A stretch of DNA of 28,189 nt from a virus. Its lineage: Duplodnaviria; Caudoviricetes. The notes beneath the pieces are model-generated. The model saw only the letters and a list, made by a program, of their open reading frames with translations. It had not been told where the DNA came from and searched no databases. The position numbers and the translations under genes are program-made. This document shows positions 1 through 8,500 of this stretch, one piece after another. Numbering within the stretch: the first letter of the stretch is position 1; the number at the start of each line of letters is the position of its first letter. Location: the IMG/VR virus record IMGVR_UViG_3300025690_000006, positions 1 through 28,189 of that record; one strand, given 5' to 3'.

Positions 1-1
1 T

Positions 2-1051
2 GACGCAACGGTGATAGTAGAAGGTGAAGGCAATCTAATCTACAAGGGTGATGTTAATTTACGTGTTGCGGGCGACTTCAATGTAGATGTAGATGGCAAT
101 TATAATCTAGAGGTGGCTGGTGACAAGATAGAGAACATTAAAGGGCGTCACACCAAAGTAGTCAATCGTGATCAGAACTACACTGTCAGAGGCTCACGAG
201 GAGCTACTGTAGTCGGTCCTAACTCGGAAACTATGTTAGACACACATAATGTACTAGCAAAAGGCAACACCAATATTCGCAGTGAGGCTAAAATAGAAGT
301 CACAGCAGGAACAAATTTGGTAACATCTGCTGTCGGAGAGTGGACAAGTGCTGCTGGTACTGCTAACATTACTGCACGACATATCAGTATGATTGGGCAC
401 AAAGGCACCATTGGTGGTCCTCTTATTGATTATTACGGAGCAACATACGGTGGTTTGCCGGGTGGTGTAACTAACTTGGCAACTTTCTATGGATGTTTGG
501 TGGGTAAAGCAAGCGAAGCATGGCATAGTGATTATGCGATTTATGCAGCCGGTGCTGGATATGCAAAAGGAGCAGGTGCAGCATTAACAGCAGTCAAAGG
601 TGGAGGTACTACGCCTGGACCACCTCCTGTCGGTGTTCCACCAAAACCTGGTATCATGCCGTTCATTCCAGTACCTCCGAAGGCTCCTCTTCCTAATCCT
701 GCTGTTGTTGAACTTATGTTAGCCACTGGTTCATATGGTGTTAGAAACGTACAGGTGGATCCTAAACTGAAAGAGAAGATCATGAAGTCTGATGAGTATG
801 AGGAGTTGTTCAACTTTGATCCTGATATTCACGAGATTAGATCTAAAATTAGATCACCTAGTAATTTAAACAATGGTAAGTTTACCAGTTATCTGGTAAG
901 TGAAGAGTTATTAAACAAAGATTTCTCCAAAACAATACCTAAGAATATTGGTCGTTCAGCGAACAAAGATGGAACGATACGGTTTGGTGTTGAATTGCTT
1001 GGTAATAATCCTGTAGATAATAGAAGTAAAAGGTTCAAGGTGAAGAAATGA
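2..1051 (+). CDS. gp5: Baseplate hub / central spike gp5-like protein, C-terminal part (5' end outside the window)
   Basis: The frame is open from position 2 (GAC GCA ACG GTG...), so the GTG at 11 is probably not the true start. It carries 8-residue V-x-G-D/N beta-helix repeats typical of the T4 gp5 C-terminus (VEGEGNLIYKGDVNLRVAGDFNVDVDGNYNLEVAGD). It lies upstream of gp25/gp6 and ends in a Gly/Ala/Pro-rich linker plus an extra C-terminal segment. Confidence 0.85.
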   Translation, partial: DATVIVEGEGNLIYKGDVNLRVAGDFNVDVDGNYNLEVAGDKIENIKGRHTKVVNRDQNYTVRGSRGATVVGPNSETMLDTHNVLAKGNTNIRSEAKIEVTAGTNLVTSAVGEWTSAAGTANITARHISMIGHKGTIGGPLIDYYGATYGGLPGGVTNLATFYGCLVGKASEAWHSDYAIYAAGAGYAKGAGAALTAVKGGGTTPGPPPVGVPPKPGIMPFIPVPPKAPLPNPAVVELMLATGSYGVRNVQVDPKLKEKIMKSDEYEELFNFDPDIHEIRSKIRSPSNLNNGKFTSYLVSEELLNKDFSKTIPKNIGRSANKDGTIRFGVELLGNNPVDNRSKRFKVKK

Positions 1052-1674
1052 AGTTATTGATTGATCCAAAATATGATCCCACAGGTAAAGAAGTTACGTC
1101 CAAATTGAAACTAGGCCCAGGCATTAGTATGGCAAAGTTTCTAGGCGCTAGAGGATCTAGAACTCAAATCAAAAAGTTATACAATGAAGGATTTAACGGG
1201 CCACCTGACCTAGATCAGATAGCAAGAAATCTTGTGCTTCATGCACAAATTATGCAGACTGTGGTAAGCAACCAAGAGTACGCACAACATCGACTGATAG
1301 TTTCAGAAGGTATCTACGAACCTAATCCCGCGTTTGATCCTTCGGGAAATTACATCGGTGAAAGACCTGGCGACATTCTTAAATTGAGAAGAACAGGACA
1401 AGCGGTTGTATATCAACTAGTGGATCGTGCAGGTAAAACTGATCCAAGAAAAACATTCGATCTCGCGGTATATTGGAAAGATTATATCAACTATGATAAG
1501 ATAACGTTAGATTACGACACGTTTGATCCAAACGGAGATCTTACATCTCAAATCGTTGTAGAAACACCCGTTGTCCCAGTGACTTTTGAAGTAAGTTATA
1601 AATATGATATTGAAACAAAATATAATGGTGTGTTGCAAACTAAGAACGAATTTCTAGAAATCTTACCTGATTAG
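1048..1674 (+). CDS. Baseplate-associated protein with a probable degenerate peptidase M15A-like fold
   Basis: It overlaps the gp5 stop (ATGA). The motif series IARNL..IVSEGIY..RRTGQAVVY..YDKITLDY..QIVV parallels the M15A pattern NL..ITSGYR..SQHxxGQAAD..FDQLILEY..WVHVS, without the His/Asp/His ligands. Confidence 0.55.
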   Translation: MKLLIDPKYDPTGKEVTSKLKLGPGISMAKFLGARGSRTQIKKLYNEGFNGPPDLDQIARNLVLHAQIMQTVVSNQEYAQHRLIVSEGIYEPNPAFDPSGNYIGERPGDILKLRRTGQAVVYQLVDRAGKTDPRKTFDLAVYWKDYINYDKITLDYDTFDPNGDLTSQIVVETPVVPVTFEVSYKYDIETKYNGVLQTKNEFLEILPD

Positions 1675-1682
1675 TATAAATA
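1675..1682 (+). promoter_or_regulatory. T4-type late promoter TATAAATA
   Basis: Exact gp55 consensus in the intergenic gap, 19 nt upstream of the gp25 start. Confidence 0.85.
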
Positions 1683-1701
1683 AAAGAAAAATGGTTTATT
1701 A

Positions 1702-2298
1702 ATGGCAATTAATCAAGAAGACGGTAATTTATCATCGAGCCCTCGGGTCACCAAGATCCGACCGTACTCTGATATAGACTTAACCTTTGGTGCTAGAACT
1801 GCAACTGATGGTGATGTGTTTAGAAAAACTGATGCCGCTTCTGTAAAACAGGCGTTAAAAAACTTACTGTTAACAAATCGATTTGAAAAACCTTATCGAC
1901 CAGCATACGGTGCTAACTTGTCGGGTCTTTTGTTTGAACTTGCTGATGCTGATACTGGTAATGAAATAGCATCACGAATTAAAAATACGGTTACTCGTTA
2001 TGAACCACGAGTTAAAATTTTAAAATTAAAAGTAATTTCTCAACCAGATTACAATAAAATAAAAGTGTTAATAGAATTTCGTGTTGTTAATACTGGTATT
2101 ATAGATGTATTGCAGTTGGTATTAGGTGGTTCAGAGATCTGTGATCCTCCTTTTAATCCGGCTCCACCAGAACTAGAGTTCACGGGCGATCGTATTGTAA
2201 GTGAAAATCTAGATAATTTGATAACCGAAGCAGGTGGTTTTATATCTTACGATGATGATGCTGAAATTTATTTAGACATAGCGTTGATAACAGCGTAA
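1702..2298 (+). CDS. gp25: Baseplate wedge subunit gp25 with C-terminal extension
   Basis: YSDIDLTF...D..SVKQALKNLLLTNRFEKPYRPAYGANLSGLLFE...RYEPRV is the GPW/gp25 signature. The gene lies directly before gp6. Confidence 0.93.
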   Translation: MAINQEDGNLSSSPRVTKIRPYSDIDLTFGARTATDGDVFRKTDAASVKQALKNLLLTNRFEKPYRPAYGANLSGLLFELADADTGNEIASRIKNTVTRYEPRVKILKLKVISQPDYNKIKVLIEFRVVNTGIIDVLQLVLGGSEICDPPFNPAPPELEFTGDRIVSENLDNLITEAGGFISYDDDAEIYLDIALITA

Positions 2299-2311
2299 CA
2301 GGAGAAATTAA

Positions 2312-4117
2312 ATGGCAACGGCTATAAAATCTACTGAGTTAGATTTTGACAATATTAAAAATAATCTTAAAACTTTTCTAGCTCAAACGCCTGAATTTGC
2401 CGATTATAATTTCGAAGCATCTGGGCTTTCAAGCATTCTGGATGTGTTGGCTTATAATACTCATTACAATTCGTTATTAGCAAATTTTGCATTAAACGAA
2501 TCTTTTCTTCCAACTGCACAACTTCGATCTTCTTTGGTAAGTCTTGCTGGATCATTAGGTTACAGTGTTAGATCTAAAACTGCGTCTTGTGCTATAACCA
2601 ATTTATATGTTGTTAATCCTTTTATACCAACATCTATGGTTTTGCCTTCTGGATTTAAATTTAGTTCTACGATTAATAATAAATCATATACATTTAAAAC
2701 ACGAGAAACTTTAATCGCAACTAACAATGGTTCTAATCAATATTACTTTCAGCTTGGAGAAAATCAAAACATAGCCATTTATGAGGGTATTGAACAACGC
2801 AAACTTTTTGTTGCTGGGCCCGCAGGAGAAAACGAATCTTATATTATTCCAACTCAAAACTTAGATCTACAAACTGTTCAGGTTAGAGTTTACGCTGATC
2901 CTTCTACTACTTTTTATGATGTGTATACTGAAATTAGTGATGTTGTTAGTATTGGCCAAGATTCTAGAATTTTTGTTGTCAAAGAAACACCTAATGGTCA
3001 ATATGAGTTGACATTTGGCAATGGTGCTAGATTAGGAAAGTTTCCATCAGCGGGTAATAAAATTGAAGTTATCTACGATGCTGTTGCTGGACCTAATGCC
3101 AATGGAGGAAGAACTTTTATTCCTGTAGATACTGTTACTGATGGAGAAGGTAACAATCTAACATTAAATGTAGTTACTGTCACGGGTTCCATGGCAGGGC
3201 AAGAAAAAGAACCTATATCTTCTATTAGAAAAAATGCGCCTTATTTGTATGCGACACAGAATAGAATGGTTACCGCCTCAGATTATAGTTCTTTAGTTCT
3301 AAGGAAATTTTCTAATGTAATTAGCGATATTAAATCGTGGGGTGGAGAAGATAACGTTCCTCCTCAGTATGGTACTGTGTTCTTATCTATTGTTTTTAAT
3401 ACTGAAAATGCCGATATCATAGAACAAACAAAAAAAGATATTATATCACTCGCAAAAAATCTATCGGTGGCTTCCTTTAGTATCAGCTTCACTGATCCTA
3501 ATACAACATATTTGGTAGTAGATACCAAGTTTCAATGGAATCCTAATTTAACAAGTTCATCTCAAACAGCAATTGAACAGATTGTCAAAGACACTGTTAT
3601 CAATTACTTTGATGCACAGTTAGGTGGTTTTGATAAATCATTTAGAAGATCCAATCTTTTAACATTAATTGATGATGCTGATCCTTCTATTCTTTCATCT
3701 CGGGCTAATGTTAGAATGCAATATAGATTTATTCCTAGTGTCGGTATTTCAAATTATACGATACAATTTCCTTCTAGTATTGAAACATCTAATACCACTT
3801 CACATTCTATTACTAGTGATAGTTTTAATATCTCGGGTAAAGTTGGAACTTTTCGTAATCGATTAGGATCTTCTGTTATAGAAATTATAGATATTAGTAC
3901 AGGTAAAAATATATCAGATAATGTCGGAGAATATAATGCGTCAACAGGGACAATAACATTAAGTTCTTTTACTGGTTCCCTATTATCGAACAATGCAAAT
4001 ATTAAAATCACTGCTGTTCCCGCAAACGAATCCACAGTTAATGCTTTGCGTAATAACGTTTTAAATTTCGATGCAACAGCATCTACGACAACGGCAATTA
4101 TTACCGATTCACTATAA
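2312..4117 (+). CDS. gp6: Baseplate wedge subunit gp6
   Basis: Signature segments ELDFDNIKNNLKTFL..F.DYNFEASGLSSILDVLAYNTHYN...NESFL.TAQLRSS, FGNG..G, and E.ISSIRKNAP..YATQNRMVTASDY..WGGEDN.PPQYG. AGGAGA RBS upstream. Confidence 0.96.
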   Translation: MATAIKSTELDFDNIKNNLKTFLAQTPEFADYNFEASGLSSILDVLAYNTHYNSLLANFALNESFLPTAQLRSSLVSLAGSLGYSVRSKTASCAITNLYVVNPFIPTSMVLPSGFKFSSTINNKSYTFKTRETLIATNNGSNQYYFQLGENQNIAIYEGIEQRKLFVAGPAGENESYIIPTQNLDLQTVQVRVYADPSTTFYDVYTEISDVVSIGQDSRIFVVKETPNGQYELTFGNGARLGKFPSAGNKIEVIYDAVAGPNANGGRTFIPVDTVTDGEGNNLTLNVVTVTGSMAGQEKEPISSIRKNAPYLYATQNRMVTASDYSSLVLRKFSNVISDIKSWGGEDNVPPQYGTVFLSIVFNTENADIIEQTKKDIISLAKNLSVASFSISFTDPNTTYLVVDTKFQWNPNLTSSSQTAIEQIVKDTVINYFDAQLGGFDKSFRRSNLLTLIDDADPSILSSRANVRMQYRFIPSVGISNYTIQFPSSIETSNTTSHSITSDSFNISGKVGTFRNRLGSSVIEIIDISTGKNISDNVGEYNASTGTITLSSFTGSLLSNNANIKITAVPANESTVNALRNNVLNFDATASTTTAIITDSL

Positions 4118-4120
4118 ACA
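4113..4120 (+). promoter_or_regulatory. Possible variant late promoter TATAAACA
   Basis: One mismatch to TATAAATA; it overlaps the gp6 stop and sits 21 nt before gp8. Confidence 0.35.
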
Positions 4121-4141
4121 AAGGATTGAAAGAGAAATAAA

Positions 4142-5584
4142 ATGGCATCATCTACGACAAGAAGTTTTAATAGAACAATGTTAGACCAATTCAAGAAAGA
4201 TCTTGATAGTGATGGTGTAGAATATTTTATAGGTATTGCAAAGAATACTCCTTTTTCTTTAACATCACCGCTCGATATTAAATCTATTCATTATCAATCC
4301 GAGATGCGTCATACTCTACAGTCTGTTAAAACGTTATCATCCAATTCTTTCGTTGTTCCTTTAATAAATTGGACACCAAATATTATTTGGCAAGAATATG
4401 ACGATGGTTTAACACTGGGTGCTACAGATCAAGTAACACAGTTTTATGTTTTAAACTCACTCAACGAAGTGTTTATTTGTATTCAACAAAAAAAATTAGC
4501 AGGCGGGCAAAGTGTAATTTCAACAGTTGAACCAACATCGAGTTTATCTTTACCTGGTTCACCCGGCAGAACATTTAAAACGTCAGATGATTATTACTGG
4601 AGGCAGATTGGTGTTTTGAGTAACTTGGCTATAGCTAATTTCAAAACGGCAAATTGGATGCCTGTGAAACACATTACAGATCGTTCAGACTTTCTAGCAA
4701 TTTCGGAAGAGAGCACTCAACGTAACTTACAAGATTCTGCAATCGCAGGTGAAATAATTAACATTGCCATTGATAGTGGTGGATATGGTTATACAGAAGC
4801 TCCTACTATTATAATTGGAGGTGATGGTGAATTCGCTGCTTTCTCTTGCGAAATTAATGATGGGAAAATTGTTAAGATTAATATTGATTCGGCTATTCCT
4901 TTAGATGATATTGCCGACCCAACAGGATTCACACGGCAGGTTGGTGTCTATAGTGGGCATGGCCGTGGATATACTCACGCATCTGCTCAGACTGCTACTG
5001 GAGGATCTGTCTTACGACCAATTCTTGGACCCAGAGAAGGTCTTAATGCCAATCCTGTTGTAACTTTGAAAGCGGAATCTCTAATGGTTCAAGCAGATTT
5101 TGCAGGTAATGAATTCAATGAAATTTTGGCGCATAATGATTTTGCACAAGTTGCACTTTTACGTGATATTAAACAAACTGATGGTATTACTCCTTTCGTC
5201 TCAAATACAGGCAATGGGATGAAACATATTGAGATTACAGTTAATGGTGGTGGTGGCACAGTCTTTACAGAGGACGAATTAATTTCCAATGCAGGAGAAA
5301 ACGTGTTTGGAAGAGTTTTTCACCACGATACTATATCTACCCCCAATAAACTTTATTACTATCAAGATGATGAAACCGGGCATGTTCCATTCACTTCAGC
5401 GGATACTTCTATAAAAAACTTTAATCAAAACCAGACAACGGCCTCAGTTGTTAGCTTTCAATTACCCGATTTTGACATATATTCGGGTGACGTTTTATAT
5501 ATAAATAATCTAGATACCGCAATAGATCGTGCAGATAATCAAACCGAAGACATAAGAATCGTTATTCAGTTAGGACAAAACTAA
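4142..5584 (+). CDS. gp8: Baseplate wedge subunit gp8-like
   Basis: Segments VVPLINW...YDD, FYVLNS..EVFICI, EPT, TSDDYYW, F.T.NWMPV and the C-terminal YSGDVLYINN...R...QTEDIRIVIQL are typical of gp8 of aquatic T4-like phages. Confidence 0.88.
   Translation: MASSTTRSFNRTMLDQFKKDLDSDGVEYFIGIAKNTPFSLTSPLDIKSIHYQSEMRHTLQSVKTLSSNSFVVPLINWTPNIIWQEYDDGLTLGATDQVTQFYVLNSLNEVFICIQQKKLAGGQSVISTVEPTSSLSLPGSPGRTFKTSDDYYWRQIGVLSNLAIANFKTANWMPVKHITDRSDFLAISEESTQRNLQDSAIAGEIINIAIDSGGYGYTEAPTIIIGGDGEFAAFSCEINDGKIVKINIDSAIPLDDIADPTGFTRQVGVYSGHGRGYTHASAQTATGGSVLRPILGPREGLNANPVVTLKAESLMVQADFAGNEFNEILAHNDFAQVALLRDIKQTDGITPFVSNTGNGMKHIEITVNGGGGTVFTEDELISNAGENVFGRVFHHDTISTPNKLYYYQDDETGHVPFTSADTSIKNFNQNQTTASVVSFQLPDFDIYSGDVLYINNLDTAIDRADNQTEDIRIVIQLGQN
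5500..5507 (+). promoter_or_regulatory. T4-type late promoter TATAAATA inside the gp8 3' end
   Basis: Exact consensus about 76 nt upstream of the 1802-aa gene. It could also arise from the YINN codons. Confidence 0.5.
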
Positions 5585-8500
5585 TGCCAACAACATTTAC
5601 TACTACCACTTTATCGGGTTTATATAACGATGATTATCAGGATTCTGATAACTATCATCAAATTTTATTTAATTCTGGTAGAGCCTTACAAGCTAGAGAA
5701 TTGACTCAACTGCAAACTATGATCTATCAAGAGATGGGACGGTTTGGTGGAAATATTTTCAAAGAGGGTTCCGCAGTGTCATTTGGTGGTGTTGGAATAA
5801 ACTCTTTTTACGATTATGTCCAAATCGCTACAATTGTAAACGGGGTCTTCAGTGATATTCCTGTGGGAACTATATTTACTAATGATAACGGTGTTAAAGC
5901 TAAAGTGATATCGGTTCTTAATAGCACTGTTTCTAATCCTAATACATTGTACGTTAGTTATATTGATGGCGGTGCCAACGTTGCCTCCGGAGAATCGCCT
6001 TCATTCTCACCTTCCGACAATATAACGGCTCCTGGCTTTGGGTTAACAGTGTGGGATACAGGACAAAATGGAGCAACGTCTCCCGTAGGCAGAGGTACTA
6101 GAGTAGATGTTGCGGGTGGTGACTTTTTTGTATTAGGTAGATTTGTACGTGCAACACCACAAAATTTAATTCTGTCTAAATTTAGTCAAACTGCTAATAC
6201 TACGATAGGATATAAAGTTATTCAAGAAGTAGTATCAGTAAATGATACTACTGATTTATATGATAATAGTGGCGGTATTATTAATAATGCCTCGCCTGGT
6301 GCTGACAGATACAGAATTAGATTAGAACTGGTTGAGAAAACTTCAATCACTTCCGATGATACGTTCGTCTTTGTAGCTAAAATTCAAAATTCTAAAATTG
6401 TGGAAAAGGTTGATGTTTTAGATGATTATAACAAAATTAATGATGTCCTTGCTTTAAGAACAAACGAAGAGTCTGGCGATTATATTGTTAAACCTTTTAC
6501 TATAGCTTTTGATTCTGCTGATGATGCAAGTAATTTAAGTCTTACCGTATCGTCCGGTATTGCATATGTCAATGGATATCGTGTAGAAAATCCTTCACCT
6601 ATTGAACTAATCGTACCAAAATCACAATCGACCGAAGTTGTTAATAGCGATGTTGTTCCTGTAATATACGGTAACTACGTTTTACTTGACACTGCAACAG
6701 ACTTACCTGACCTCACTTATGGATCTTTAGAAATCGCTTCAGACCTCGGTGGTTCGTCTAAAATTGGTGAATGTAGAATACGAGGAATTGAACCTTCAGG
6801 ATCAGGTTATAAATTGTACTTGTTTGATGTTGTTATGGACGCAGGACAAGATTTTGCGACCGCGAAATCAATTGATAATGGAAAGTATGTTATAACTAAC
6901 TCAACGGGCAGCGCGGCAAGTTTGTTAGGAACAACCGACAACGATCTTTTGTTTCCAACCTCAAGACCTAGATTATCATCTTTAGACAATGTTATCATAA
7001 CAACACAAAGAACTGCAATCAAAACGGCTAGTGGTACTACCTTAACTCTTGATACTCTTACTGGCGATTCATATACGGATACGAGTCAATGGTTAATTTA
7101 CAATATCACGGATAATACTGCTGTAACTGTACCTACGGTTGATATAACTAATCCACAACAGGCAACGATCAGTGGTTTGATTGATACTAAACAATATCGT
7201 ATATCTTATTATATCAAAACATCACAAACCGCCACTGGCAGCGCCTTTACATTGAAAAGCAAAGCTTTAACTACAAGTGTAGGTTCCTATTATGCTGATG
7301 TTGTCACGGGTGAAGTTGATCTGGGTGTACCAGATGTGTATGAGATAGACGAAATCAGAATCGTTGCTGCTGGCGGTGGAGCTGATAATACTACAGGTGC
7401 AGATTGTTCAGAAAGATTTATTCTGGATGATGGTCAACGAGATAATTATTATGCAAACAGTAAACTATTATTGAAAGGTGGTGAATCTGATCCTTTAAGA
7501 GTATACGTTGCATTTAAATATTACGCTCACAGTACTGGTGACTTTTTTGCTGCATCAAGTTATGCATCATATGCGGATATTCCAGAACACACTTTACAAG
7601 ATGGCACTATAGTAAGTCTACGAAACTATCTGGATTTTAGACCCGACAAAGATGCTGCCGGCGCTTTCACAAAAATTTCGTATCTGCCAAGAAACGGCAC
7701 ATCAATTAATGCTGATATTTCATACTACTTGCCTAGAGCAGACAAGTTGCTTGTCACTCAGGAAGGTGATATTCAGATATTAATGGGTCAACAATCTAGA
7801 GATCCTCAATTAAAGAAAACACCCGACAACGCTTTAGAATTGTATCAAATTTTAATGAATGCTAACACTATTGATCAAAACGATGTTCAAGTCAAACCGA
7901 TCGAACATAAATTGTATACTATGTCTGATATTGGAAAGTTGGACAACAAAATTGATGAACTTAGAGAATACACAGAACTTAATCTCGCAGAACTCAGAGC
8001 TTTTCATACACCAGGATTAGATAGTGACGGTGTAGAACGCCCAGATGCTGGTTTGATTGTCGATAATGGTGATGATCAATCTGGTGCTGCTACAGATGAT
8101 GGAGATTATTCTGCTGCTCTTGATCCTGAGAATAAGTTGATTCGACCTAAAGCCGATGAAGATAACATTCGTTTAATTTGCGAAACCGACTATGGTACTA
8201 GTAATATAGTTAAACGAGGCGATAATGTCTATTTACAATTTGATTCTGACGAATGGAAATTTCAGGATCTTGCTTCTCGTTCAATTAAAATTAATCCATT
8301 CGGCATGGTGGATAATGTCGGCGTTATTAAAATGTCACCTTCAACGGACGAATGGAAAGATTGTAAAAGCGAAGCAATTAAAGCGATACAAGGCACTTCT
8401 AGGTTAGATTCTAAACAAGCCTTTTTGTGGAATAATTGGCAATGGAATTGGAAGGGGCGTAATGACGATGATCTTTGGGTCAGTGCTGGCGATAAATCCA

